A stretch of 41,172 nucleotides of DNA from an uncultured Bacilli bacterium (GCA_944332155.1 CALVJM010000001.1:1-41172), one strand, 5' to 3'; shown: positions 26,259 through 35,716, counted from the first letter of the stretch. Program-made: numbers and translations. The notes: generated from the letters alone by a model not told the origin.

Positions 26259-27491
26259 TTAATAAGCAGTTGTACGATCATACCATTCATTATAAGTTCC
26301 TGATGGGAAATTAACTAAATTTCGTGGGTCAATACTACGTGAAATTAATGTAGACCAACTACCATAATCTAGACCATATAATCCCGTCGAAATGGTAAAG
26401 TGAAGATGAGATCCAAACGTACATTTATCATAACTTTCAGTATCCGATTGACCACCCATAACACCGATTTGTGTTCCAGTTGTAACATATTGACCAGTAG
26501 ATACATTAACTGATCTCAAATGGGCATATAATAATGTATATGTTTGACCATTAATTGTATGATGTACTAACACCATATTTCCACCACAAGAATTTCGATA
26601 CATAATGGTACTAACAATTCCATTTCCTGCAGAATAAACTGGAATATTATAAGTATCAGGTCTTACTGTCATATCAATTCCTTCATGGAATCCACTCAAG
26701 AAATCACGATAACCCCATTCACTAGTTACATGTCCTTGTGCGAGTGGACGATATAAAGCTGTACTAGATGGCAATAAACCTCGACCACAACTAGCAACAT
26801 CTTGATCTAAGTCACAACCTTTATCTTCATACATTTCAATAATTTCTTTTTGTGCTTGAATCTGTTCTTCTATAGATACACTTGTATCCGCAAGAGATTC
26901 TAATTCATCTCCTAATTTGGCAAGTTCAGCATCTAACTCCGTTTGTTTAGTAGATAATTGTTCTTTCTTTTCTTTTAATTCAACTTTCTTTTGTTCATTT
27001 TGTTTAATCATATTATTAAATGAATCAATCAATTCTTCATTATAATCTGCAAGTTGTTCTGAAACAGACATACGATAAATAAAATCAGTAAAATCTTGAG
27101 CTCCAAACGCATACTCTAAATAAGCAGACTCTCCATTAGAAACTTGAATAAAATTTACTAAATCTTTAATTTCTTTATCTTTTTTCTTAATATTAACTTC
27201 AAGTTCCGCCACTTCTTCAGTTAAATTAGTAACATCTACATTTATTTGTTCCATATCTTTTTTTATTTGATTAATATTAGCTTGAACTTGATTCATTTGT
27301 TCTTTGGTTAATGCTTGTTTTGATTGATTTTCTTTATAATTAGCTTCATACTCTTCTAATTCTTGTTTTAACTCGCGTAATGTTTGAGCATGAACTTCTT
27401 GCTCAGGTACAAACAATGTTGGAATAAGAAGAACAAAAGCTAATAATATTTTAGAAATGTTATTGACTTGTTTCACTATTTTCTTTTTCAT
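26259..27491 (-). CDS. M23 family metallopeptidase with N-terminal signal peptide and long coiled coil (EnvC/PcsB-like architecture)
   Basis: ~200 aa of heptad-rich Q/E/K sequence followed by the LytM core FHEGIDM...GSHLHF. Confidence 0.9.
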   Translation of the reverse strand: MKKKIVKQVNNISKILLAFVLLIPTLFVPEQEVHAQTLRELKQELEEYEANYKENQSKQALTKEQMNQVQANINQIKKDMEQINVDVTNLTEEVAELEVNIKKKDKEIKDLVNFIQVSNGESAYLEYAFGAQDFTDFIYRMSVSEQLADYNEELIDSFNNMIKQNEQKKVELKEKKEQLSTKQTELDAELAKLGDELESLADTSVSIEEQIQAQKEIIEMYEDKGCDLDQDVASCGRGLLPSSTALYRPLAQGHVTSEWGYRDFLSGFHEGIDMTVRPDTYNIPVYSAGNGIVSTIMYRNSCGGNMVLVHHTINGQTYTLLYAHLRSVNVSTGQYVTTGTQIGVMGGQSDTESYDKCTFGSHLHFTISTGLYGLDYGSWSTLISRSIDPRNLVNFPSGTYNEWYDRTTAY

Positions 27492-27499
27492 AAATCCTC

Positions 27500-28135
27500 C
27501 TATTCTTTTAACATTTTCGTTACGGTTTTATATTCAGGATAATATTTTCGAACTGTATCCCAAAAATATTGTGAATGATCAAAGTGAATAAAATGTGATA
27601 ATTCATGAACTATGACATAATCTAAGGCAGATAAATCATATTTAATTAAATTAAAATTCAAAGTAACAGAATCATCACGCTTATTACAAACACCCCACCT
27701 TGTTTTCATCTTACGTATTTTCAATTTCGGATATGGAATACATTCTTCAAATTGTGGATACCACAAATCTAAGCGTTCCTGAAATAAAGTACGCACTTGT
27801 TTTTTTAACCATTTCTCTAATTTTTCTGGAGACGGTGTAAAAACGAAATGTTCATCAAAGGTGACTTTATCTATGGTTGATACTATAATTATATCATATT
27901 TTTGTCCTAAATAATAGAAGTTCTCTTCTCTTTCTCTCGCTTTACATTTTTTTGCAATCATTTTAACTAAATCATCATGATATTCATTAAGTAACTTTAC
28001 AACACTACGCCGACTAGTAAAATAGTTAGTTGTAATCTGAATCGTCAAATCATCTTTCACTCTGAGATAGGTATTTTTATTGTTTTTTTTCTGAACAATC
28101 ACATCATATAATTTACCTTCTATTTCATATTTCAT
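27500..28135 (-). CDS. YgjP-like (DUF45/M48-type) metal-dependent hydrolase
   Basis: 211 aa with the C-terminal HExxH motif VIVHELSHFIHFDHS, typical of DUF45. It lies 8 nt upstream of the M23 gene. Confidence 0.8.
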   Translation of the reverse strand: MKYEIEGKLYDVIVQKKNNKNTYLRVKDDLTIQITTNYFTSRRSVVKLLNEYHDDLVKMIAKKCKAREREENFYYLGQKYDIIIVSTIDKVTFDEHFVFTPSPEKLEKWLKKQVRTLFQERLDLWYPQFEECIPYPKLKIRKMKTRWGVCNKRDDSVTLNFNLIKYDLSALDYVIVHELSHFIHFDHSQYFWDTVRKYYPEYKTVTKMLKE

Positions 28136-28171
28136 AACATCACAACCTCATTCTTTCATTTTATCACAGAA

Positions 28172-28202
28172 AGAAAAAAGATAGAACCATAAATTCTATC
28201 TT
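28172..28202 (-). terminator. Terminator after the yfcC-like gene
   Basis: aagatagaa (28178-86) / ttctatctt (28194-202) forms a 9-bp stem, followed on the minus strand by a U-run. Confidence 0.6.
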
Positions 28203-28216
28203 ATAAATTATTTACT

Positions 28217-29794
28217 TTAAATAAATAATACAACAATGACACAAACAATAAGTGCGACTACTAAGATTTGTACTAAATATTTCCAAATGTATTTAAACCA
28301 TTCTTTATAAGAAACATCAAAATAAGCAAGTCCTCCTAAAAGAATAGCACTACTTGGTAACAATAGCATTGCAAGTCCATGGAATGATTGCATTACTAAA
28401 CCAATTAATGGATATAAAGTCGAATCGGTAATTTTTGTTGTAAAAGCACTTGAAAGTGAACTGATTAAATATGGCATGTCATTAAAGAAGAAACCACCAA
28501 TAAATGATACAATTCCTGCAGTAAAGACATTAAAATCTTCTGTCATTTCTAATATATAATTAGAAATTGTAAAATACATACTTCCAGTATCTGGATTTGA
28601 AAGTAGTACAGTCATAAATAAATTAGCCATTACTACATAAAATGCTGGTTTTAAAGCTTTTTTAGCTCCTTGTCCGAATGCATCTACAATATCATTTAAT
28701 TTAACACTGTAAACCCATCCAATTAAGAATGTAATAATTAATAAAACCATACATACTTCATTTACTGCCCAATATCCAAGTGGATTAAATGTACCAATTA
28801 AATTGTTAAAAATTGGATAATCTTGAATAGTAAATGTAGTGATAGATTCATACATTTCTTCAAATAAACTTACATTAATTGAATAACGCCAGTTATAACA
28901 AGCAACTAATAAGAAAATAATCATAAGTGTAAATACAATTACAAAAGGCCATACACTCTTTTCTTTCTTATTTGGAATAACTTTAACATCATCAGCTTTA
29001 GCAAAGTTTGCTGTTTTTCTTTTACTATTTGTTTTTCTAGTTGTTGTTTTCCTAGCTGTTGTTTTTTTCTTTGTAGATGAAGTTTTTGTTGCTCCTTTTG
29101 TTTTCTTCTTCTCTGGTTTTGTAGTTTTAGTTTCTACTACTTTTACAGGCTCTTTTTTCTCTACTGTTTTAGCTTTAGCCTCTACCTTTTTTGTGTGTCT
29201 TAACACAAAGAAAATTAATAATAATGTTAATAATACAAGTAAAATAATTTTAGTTACAATTTGATTATTCATATCATTAATTCCCATATAGTAATTAATG
29301 TATCCATTTACATTAAAACCATAAGTAGAAGCCATACTACCAACTAAAATAGATCCAATGGTAGCTGTAAAACTTGAAATTTTATCATATCCTAACTCTA
29401 ATAATACAGCTGCGAATAATGGTACTAAAATAAGTAGTACATAACTTGATCCTGTTAAAGATGATAGAAGAGCAAAAACAATAATAGTCATAACCATAAA
29501 TGTTTTTTTCTTCTTATCAAACGAATGACTTAATTTAGATACCATACTTTTAAACACACCTGTTGCTTCAAGAACACCGTAGAATCCACCAATAATTAGA
29601 ATTAGTATTCCGTATCCACAAAAATTAGTAAATGTAGAAATTGGCATAGATGCTAAATCTAATAATCCAATTGGTGCAGTCTCACTGCTTGAAAAAGTTC
29701 CATTCGCATACATTCCTGCTGGAATAATCCAACTTAGTACAACAAAAATTAGAAAACTTATTGTCAATACTTTCAATAAATTATTCTTTTTCAT
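28217..29794 (-). CDS. YfcC family membrane transporter-like protein with a Lys/Thr-rich insertion
   Basis: The N-terminus LKVLTISFLIFVVLSWIIPAGMY is typical of YfcC proteins. It is polytopic, with the central low-complexity loop KAKTVEKKEPVKVVETKTTKPEKKKTKGATKTSSTKKKTTARKTTTRKTNSKRKT. Confidence 0.8.
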   Translation of the reverse strand: MKKNNLLKVLTISFLIFVVLSWIIPAGMYANGTFSSSETAPIGLLDLASMPISTFTNFCGYGILILIIGGFYGVLEATGVFKSMVSKLSHSFDKKKKTFMVMTIIVFALLSSLTGSSYVLLILVPLFAAVLLELGYDKISSFTATIGSILVGSMASTYGFNVNGYINYYMGINDMNNQIVTKIILLVLLTLLLIFFVLRHTKKVEAKAKTVEKKEPVKVVETKTTKPEKKKTKGATKTSSTKKKTTARKTTTRKTNSKRKTANFAKADDVKVIPNKKEKSVWPFVIVFTLMIIFLLVACYNWRYSINVSLFEEMYESITTFTIQDYPIFNNLIGTFNPLGYWAVNEVCMVLLIITFLIGWVYSVKLNDIVDAFGQGAKKALKPAFYVVMANLFMTVLLSNPDTGSMYFTISNYILEMTEDFNVFTAGIVSFIGGFFFNDMPYLISSLSSAFTTKITDSTLYPLIGLVMQSFHGLAMLLLPSSAILLGGLAYFDVSYKEWFKYIWKYLVQILVVALIVCVIVVLFI

Positions 29795-29929
29795 ATCATT
29801 ACCTCCGTTTACATTATAACACGTAAAGTAAATGTTTAGAATATTTTTCCAATCATTTTCATAAATTTTTCATAAATATATAGGTTTTTTCACTATTTTT
29901 AGCTATAATAAACTCGAAAGAAGGTTTTT

Positions 29930-31417
29930 ATGAAACATTTTAAGTATACAGATGGAAATAAACGTTATCACACTCTAGATTATTTTTACAAAAATAAATT
30001 TAACTCAAAAGTGTTTAAAGTAAGTCTAAACGCTGGTTTTTCATGTCCTAACTTAGATGGAACTAAAGGTACTGGTGGATGTATTTACTGTTCCAAAGAC
30101 GGTAGTGGTGATTATGCAGGTAATCCATGTGAACCTATTCAAGAACAATTTAATAAAATATTAGAAATTATGAAAAAGAAATGGGACAGTGATAAATATA
30201 TTGCCTATTTCCAAGCTCGAACAAATACCTATGCACCACTTTCAATTCTTCAAGAAAAATATGAAGCTGCTTTGAAACTACCAAATGTCATTGGTTTATC
30301 TATTGCGACTAGACCTGATGCGATTAGTAATGAATGTTTAGATTATTTAGAAGAACTAAATACTAGAACTTATCTAACAATTGAATTAGGATTACAAACT
30401 ATACATGAACAAACTTCTAACCTCATTAATCGTTGTCATTCTTTAGAATGTTTCACCAATATGGTCAAAGAATTAAGAAAAAGAAAAATAAATGTTGTGG
30501 TACATATTATTAATGGACTACCATATGAAACTAAAGAAATGATGTTAGATACTGTCAAATATCTCAATAGATTAGATATCCAAGGAATTAAAATTCATAT
30601 GTTACATATGTTAAAAGGTACTAAATTATATGAACTATACCAACACCACCCTTTTCACATTTTAACACGTGAAGAATACACTGATATTGTATGTGACCAA
30701 TTAGAATTATTAAGACCAGAAATAGTGATTCATAGAATTACAGGTGATCCTAAAGAAGATGATTTAATAGAACCAAAATGGTTAACTAAAAAATTTGGCG
30801 TTTTAAACGAAATCGATAAAGAACTAAAACGAAGAGATACTTATCAAGGTTTCCAAAAAAGTATTTTTAATAAAACTCATCAAATTATAGATCACCAAGT
30901 TAAAAAGAATGATTTAGTCATTGATGCGACTGTTGGTAACGGATATGATTCCCTTTATCTATTAGATATAATTACCGAGGGAACATTATTTGGATTTGAT
31001 ATTCAAGAAGTCGCAATTAACAATACTAATAAGTTATTACATCAACATCAAAAAACAAATTATAAATTATTTAATATTGGACATGAACATCTTTTAGAAA
31101 CATTACACCATTATCAACATAAAATAAGTCTTATTATCTTTAATTTAGGATATTTACCTAATGGAAATAAGAATATTAGAACAAAACCTAATACAACTAT
31201 AAAAGCGATTGATCAGGGATATCAATTATTAAATAAAAAAGGAATGATTCTAATCACAGTATATCCTGATGAAAGTAACAAGAATACAACCGGAAAAGAA
31301 GAAGAACAAGTTTTATTAAAACATCTACAAGAACATTATGCACATCAATACACTATTTATCATAATACAGATAATCCTAAAGCCCCTTATTTAATTCAAT
31401 TAAAAATTGAGAACTAA
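29930..31417 (+). CDS. Fusion protein: TIGR01212-type radical SAM domain (YtqA/MnmL-like) plus class I SAM methyltransferase domain (YtqB/MnmM-like)
   Basis: The N-terminal half has FSCPNLDGTKGTGGCIYCS (CPN-x-DG...GGC-x-x-C cluster motif of TIGR01212). The C-terminal half has LVIDATVGNGYDSLYLL...LFGFDIQEVAI (YtqB-type rRNA_methylase fold). Confidence 0.85.
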   Translation: MKHFKYTDGNKRYHTLDYFYKNKFNSKVFKVSLNAGFSCPNLDGTKGTGGCIYCSKDGSGDYAGNPCEPIQEQFNKILEIMKKKWDSDKYIAYFQARTNTYAPLSILQEKYEAALKLPNVIGLSIATRPDAISNECLDYLEELNTRTYLTIELGLQTIHEQTSNLINRCHSLECFTNMVKELRKRKINVVVHIINGLPYETKEMMLDTVKYLNRLDIQGIKIHMLHMLKGTKLYELYQHHPFHILTREEYTDIVCDQLELLRPEIVIHRITGDPKEDDLIEPKWLTKKFGVLNEIDKELKRRDTYQGFQKSIFNKTHQIIDHQVKKNDLVIDATVGNGYDSLYLLDIITEGTLFGFDIQEVAINNTNKLLHQHQKTNYKLFNIGHEHLLETLHHYQHKISLIIFNLGYLPNGNKNIRTKPNTTIKAIDQGYQLLNKKGMILITVYPDESNKNTTGKEEEQVLLKHLQEHYAHQYTIYHNTDNPKAPYLIQLKIEN

Positions 31418-31431
31418 TCTCAATTTTTTTA
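31405..31431 (+). terminator. Terminator of the fusion gene
   Basis: aattgaga (31405-12) / tctcaatt (31418-25), followed by ttttt. The TAA stop is in the loop. Confidence 0.65.
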
Positions 31432-31546
31432 TGACATTCAATATTTTAATAAGCACGAAATTTTACAATAAATTCCATATCACTATATTTTTTATTCTGA
31501 TTATAATCTCCTTTCAAGCACAATATATGTTTTTCTTAAATAAACA

Positions 31547-31582
31547 AAAGGAATTGGTTTTCCTAATAGAACCAATTCCTTT
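31547..31582. terminator. Strong hairpin terminator downstream of the HerA-like gene
   Basis: Perfect 13-bp stem aaaggaattggtt (31547-59) / aaccaattccttt (31570-82). On the minus strand it is followed by UGUUUAUUU. Confidence 0.65.
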
Positions 31583-31616
31583 AATATGATATAGTTTATT
31601 TTTTAATCGTTTTATC

Positions 31617-33398
31617 TTAACTTTGAGCCTGGCGATCAATAAACCAAATATTACTAATATTAACACTATTACTAGATGGTTCAGGATCAGGCATATCAAA
31701 CTGAATAATAACTGGCACTTTAAATCCATTACCAAATGCCACACAACATCCAGGTTGTAAAATACGTAATTTCTTAATAATCTCTTCGGTTACATTTGGA
31801 ACCATTTCACGAATATAAGCTACATCTTTTGGATGCATCATTTTTAAGATTAAAAAGTTATTACATTGTGATAATGCAGTTTCCGATAATTCACTAGGTC
31901 TTTGTGAAATCATCCCAAGTAGTACTCCATACTTACGACCCTCTTTTGTAATACGTTCAAAAATATTATAACCTAATATTTCAATATCACTGTCATTTTG
32001 TACATAACGATGGGCCTCTTCCAAGATGATATTAAATGGCATACGAGTTCCTTTCGCTATATCTTTATTATAATCAAATAACATTTTAGAATAAATTTTA
32101 GTTAAGTTTTTAGCTAAACGATCATCTACATAGTTAATATTAAAGTTAATAATTTGGGCTTTTTTACCGTTATCGGCAGTCATTAACTTTTTAATATATT
32201 GTTCCTTAGTAATAAATTCTGGATAATTAAAATATTCTGCATAATTACTATTTAATAAAGATTGAAGACGAACACGTAATACATTAGAACTGTCAAAAAT
32301 TCTCTCACTTTTTAATGAACCTTCAGAAATCAATGCGAATTCAAAAGCATCTTTTAAATCTTCCAAAGTATACATAAAGCTTCCATCAGGTAAAGATAAT
32401 TCCAACTCATCATTTAAAAACGATTCCATAAAAGTGGTAACTAATTCCATTTCACGAATCTTTCCACTTTGATCGATCAACAAGCACTGTTTTAAACTTC
32501 TAGAATAACCAGGCTGATAAACTTCTGTTTCCAAGTTTAATTCTGAAGTATTATAATGCGATAAAACTGAAAAAATTTGGTCACGAATTTGCGCTGCACC
32601 ACGACCACTAGATAAAATATCTAAAATCGCACGCGCAATAATATCATTTTTATGTTTAATAACTAATTTTTCTTCACGTGCAAAAATAGTTACTAGTTTT
32701 AATGCCTTTTCAATAATAGGTAATTGTCCAGCATTTTCTACACCCAATAATAGTGCGATATCATCTACTGTTAATAACCATAATGGCAAACGAAGAATTT
32801 CTGAATCTGAAAAATTAGTATTAGTTGTATAAGCTTTAAAACTGATACCAGGAGTTACTTTTCCTAGGTCTTTAAATGCATTATGGTATTCACCATAAGC
32901 ATCAAAAATAAAGAAACTCGCACGGTACGGAATATAACGTTCACGCACAAAGATATTTTGAATAATACGAGCTACACTACAAGACTTACCACTTCCTGTA
33001 TTTCCAAAGATTGCAAAATGGTTCGCAAAGAAATCATTTAGTTTAACACCAAGTTTGATACCAGGATATACGGGACTCATTCCTAAATAAAGATCACGAT
33101 TTTCTTTAAATTCAGGAATTCCGATAATAAGTGGTACTTTTTCTTGTGAAACTAATTTTACACTCGCACCAAAAGAAGGTTTACGAATTACACCTCCTAC
33201 AAATCGTTCTCCAACTAATTCTCCAATTAAATTGACATAGGCTTGTCCATCTTTAATATTAACAACTTCTCCTACAATTAATTTATCTGGATCTTCAAAA
33301 ACAAGATGATGATTCGCTAAAGTTTGATTTTTTAATACTTCAGGATTTAAATCAACCACCACCACATTTTCTTCAATTCCGGAAATTTTTCCTAACAT
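31617..33398 (-). CDS. HerA/FtsK-clade P-loop ATPase (DUF87-type, HerA-like)
   Basis: N-terminal beta-barrel-like segment (GKISGIEENVVVVDL...IVGEVVNIKDGQAYVNLIGEL). Walker A is FAIFGNTGSGKS, Walker B is FNIILEEAHRYV, and the sensor is LLGMISQRPSEL. 593 aa. Confidence 0.8.
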   Translation of the reverse strand: MLGKISGIEENVVVVDLNPEVLKNQTLANHHLVFEDPDKLIVGEVVNIKDGQAYVNLIGELVGERFVGGVIRKPSFGASVKLVSQEKVPLIIGIPEFKENRDLYLGMSPVYPGIKLGVKLNDFFANHFAIFGNTGSGKSCSVARIIQNIFVRERYIPYRASFFIFDAYGEYHNAFKDLGKVTPGISFKAYTTNTNFSDSEILRLPLWLLTVDDIALLLGVENAGQLPIIEKALKLVTIFAREEKLVIKHKNDIIARAILDILSSGRGAAQIRDQIFSVLSHYNTSELNLETEVYQPGYSRSLKQCLLIDQSGKIREMELVTTFMESFLNDELELSLPDGSFMYTLEDLKDAFEFALISEGSLKSERIFDSSNVLRVRLQSLLNSNYAEYFNYPEFITKEQYIKKLMTADNGKKAQIINFNINYVDDRLAKNLTKIYSKMLFDYNKDIAKGTRMPFNIILEEAHRYVQNDSDIEILGYNIFERITKEGRKYGVLLGMISQRPSELSETALSQCNNFLILKMMHPKDVAYIREMVPNVTEEIIKKLRILQPGCCVAFGNGFKVPVIIQFDMPDPEPSSNSVNISNIWFIDRQAQS

Positions 33399-33443
33399 TT
33401 ATAGTCCCTCCTTATTATAATTTTATTATACCTTGATTTTACC

Positions 33444-33468
33444 AAAAATAAAAGAGAAAAATTCTCTT
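33444..33468 (-). terminator. Weak hairpin at the yqeH stop
   Basis: aagagaa (33452-58) / ttctctt (33462-68) with a 3-nt loop, followed on the minus strand by UUAUUUUU. TATAAT-like boxes follow before the HerA-like RBS. Confidence 0.4.
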
Positions 33469-34463
33469 TATGGTTTTCCTATTAAAGATGGACGTAAATA
33501 AAAGTGTACTTGCGATGGTAAATCTAAATACATAACACACGGTTTTAAAACACGAATAAAGCCTAGACCTAAAATCACTAAATCAGTATTAGGAGAAGAA
33601 ATTTCGATTTTATGTTTAGTTCCAAACGTTTTTACAGGAGATGTAAAAAATCGTTTTAGAATTAATTGGTTAGATAGATAAAAAGTGAGATTCGTTGGAG
33701 ATAAGACTTCCAACGATAATAGTTCATCAACTTGAATTGTTTGTGTTGTTTTTATTTGATATGTAACTGGTTTAATTTCTTTTCTTGGTGTAATTTTTTT
33801 AATCATAGAACCATCTACATAATCAAGTAAATTCCCCTCTTCTAAAAGTCCTGGTGTGTCTAACAAAATTAAATCATCTGAAAAAGGAACTTCAATCGTA
33901 TTAAGAGTAGTAGATGTTAACATACTAGTTGTAATCTCTTCTTTAGAATCACTATAATGGCGCAATAAATGATTAATCATAGTTGATTTACCCGCATTAG
34001 TATAACCTACTACGTATACATTTTTTGATTTCTGATTTTTTTTTATTTTGGTAAACAATTCATCAAAATTCATATTTTTAACACTACTAATCATTACTTG
34101 GTCAATAATTTTTAAATGATATTTTTTCATATATTGAAATAAATATTGATTATATAAAGAGCGTGGTAAAAGATCACGTTTTGTTAAAACCAAAAGAATA
34201 GAATTGTGTAAATATTTTTTTAATAAATCTAAATCTTGTGGTAGTGCGAACAAGTCTAAAACCAAAATCACTAAATCCTTAGTTTTTCCAATATTCTCTA
34301 AAATGGGAATAAAATCTTTATTTGTTTTTACAACTTGTTTGTATTCATTATAATGACGGATTCGAAAACATCGTTCACATAAATCCCCGCCATTTCGAAT
34401 ATACCCTTCCTTATTAGGATTTTCTTGTTGTAGAATAGCTCCACAACCCTTACATTTCATCAT
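33468..34463 (-). CDS. yqeH: Ribosome biogenesis GTPase YqeH
   Basis: N-terminal zinc knuckle CKGCGAILQ...CERCFRI. Circularly permuted GTPase motifs (LTKRD, GYTNAGKST, DTPG). Confidence 0.9.
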   Translation of the reverse strand: MMKCKGCGAILQQENPNKEGYIRNGGDLCERCFRIRHYNEYKQVVKTNKDFIPILENIGKTKDLVILVLDLFALPQDLDLLKKYLHNSILLVLTKRDLLPRSLYNQYLFQYMKKYHLKIIDQVMISSVKNMNFDELFTKIKKNQKSKNVYVVGYTNAGKSTMINHLLRHYSDSKEEITTSMLTSTTLNTIEVPFSDDLILLDTPGLLEEGNLLDYVDGSMIKKITPRKEIKPVTYQIKTTQTIQVDELLSLEVLSPTNLTFYLSNQLILKRFFTSPVKTFGTKHKIEISSPNTDLVILGLGFIRVLKPCVMYLDLPSQVHFYLRPSLIGKP

Positions 34464-34977
34464 AATATTGTCCTTTCACTAACAAACCTTGTTCTTGTAA
34501 TTGTTTAAACTTCTTCTCTTCACGATAACGATTATATTTGGTAATCAAAAAGTCATTCGTGGTGAGAGGATCTACTAATATAGTCATAATGCCTACGTTA
34601 TTACCACCAATCACATCAGTAAATAGTTGGTCTCCAATAATAGCTACTTCCTTTTCTTTTAAATGATACTTTTTTAAAACTTTTCGAAAGGAATAAGCAT
34701 GTGGTTTTAATGAAGTGTGATTCATTTCTACTTGCAATTCTTCTCTAAATGTCTGTACTCTGTTCTTCATACTATTAGAAAATATAATAATGAGAAAATC
34801 TTTTTTTAGATTTTCAATCCGTTTTTTTAATTTCTCGTCTACGTGCTTTGCATGTGGTTCTACTAATGTATTATCTAAATCAAAAAGAAGACAAGTAATT
34901 CCTTTTTTCTTTAATAAATCATAATTTACAGTATATATACTTTTCGCATACATCTGTGGCATAAAATTTTTCTTCAT
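34450..34977 (-). CDS. yqeG: YqeG-family HAD phosphatase
   Basis: LLFDLDNTLV (HAD motif I), IFSNS, GDQLFTDVIGGNNVG (motif IV). Conserved yqeG-yqeH pairing with a 14-nt overlap. Confidence 0.85.
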   Translation of the reverse strand: MKKNFMPQMYAKSIYTVNYDLLKKKGITCLLFDLDNTLVEPHAKHVDEKLKKRIENLKKDFLIIIFSNSMKNRVQTFREELQVEMNHTSLKPHAYSFRKVLKKYHLKEKEVAIIGDQLFTDVIGGNNVGIMTILVDPLTTNDFLITKYNRYREEKKFKQLQEQGLLVKGQYYDEM

Positions 34978-34990
34978 TCATAATCACACC

Positions 34991-35716
34991 CTAATATACT
35001 CTTTGATATTCTATTTCTTCTAATACTTTTTTACGATAATCGTTTAAAATACGACAATCTTTCATACCTTCAATCAATTCCATAAGAAACTCTTCTTTTT
35101 TAAAAGAAAAACTACTTAGAAACTCTCCACGCCCAAAATAATCATTAACAGGGAAAAAGGAAAAAGCTAATAAAAGTAAAATGTCGTTTCTAATAAATTC
35201 ATCATTTTGTTGTTCTAAATTTTCTGGTTCTTCTTTTTCTTGGTGAAGTGAATAACAGTAAAAATATCCTGGATCAATAATATAGATTTTTTCATCTTCC
35301 GTAACCATCATATTATCCTCACTAAAATCATCCATTAAAACGTGATACTTTGTAAGTAAAGATGAATCTTCATAAAGATATTTTACATTTTCAATAAAAG
35401 TAGGAATAGTCATATTGAGAAGAGCTTGTTTCTCACCATCATATAGCATTTTCGCTGTATATCCACAATACTTTTTATTCTCATCGTAAATAGGTTCGTC
35501 AGGCAACAACACTCTTTTGGTTGGTATTTTTGATAAATATAGACATTCTTTTTCACCTAAATTGCATTTTTTCAGCATAAAACTACGATATAATTTATAA
35601 GCTTTTCCCTTCACTGGATATACTTTTGCTTCAAACCCTCTTCCTAATATAGGTGCATGACTATCAATACGTACATTTACTTTTTTTCCATTTACAATAT
35701 AAGTTTTATAGAACAT
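34991..35716 (-). CDS. Small protein-kinase-fold protein (minimal, RIO/Kdo-kinase-sized), unknown function
   Basis: Gly-rich loop LGRGFEAKVY, Lys in KAYKLY, catalytic-loop-like DFSEDN (compare D-L-K-P-E-N), and a metal-binding IIDPG in place of DFG. RBS GAAGGG before ATG 35716. Confidence 0.65.
   Translation of the reverse strand: MFYKTYIVNGKKVNVRIDSHAPILGRGFEAKVYPVKGKAYKLYRSFMLKKCNLGEKECLYLSKIPTKRVLLPDEPIYDENKKYCGYTAKMLYDGEKQALLNMTIPTFIENVKYLYEDSSLLTKYHVLMDDFSEDNMMVTEDEKIYIIDPGYFYCYSLHQEKEEPENLEQQNDEFIRNDILLLLAFSFFPVNDYFGRGEFLSSFSFKKEEFLMELIEGMKDCRILNDYRKKVLEEIEYQRVY

Noticed and set aside
31407-31744. ORF 31407..31589 (+) and ORF 31514..31744 (-)
   Set aside because: The first begins inside the terminator hairpin of the fusion gene and runs through intergenic AT-rich DNA and a second terminator. 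The second overlaps the 3' end of the HerA-like gene in another frame. Neither has an RBS.
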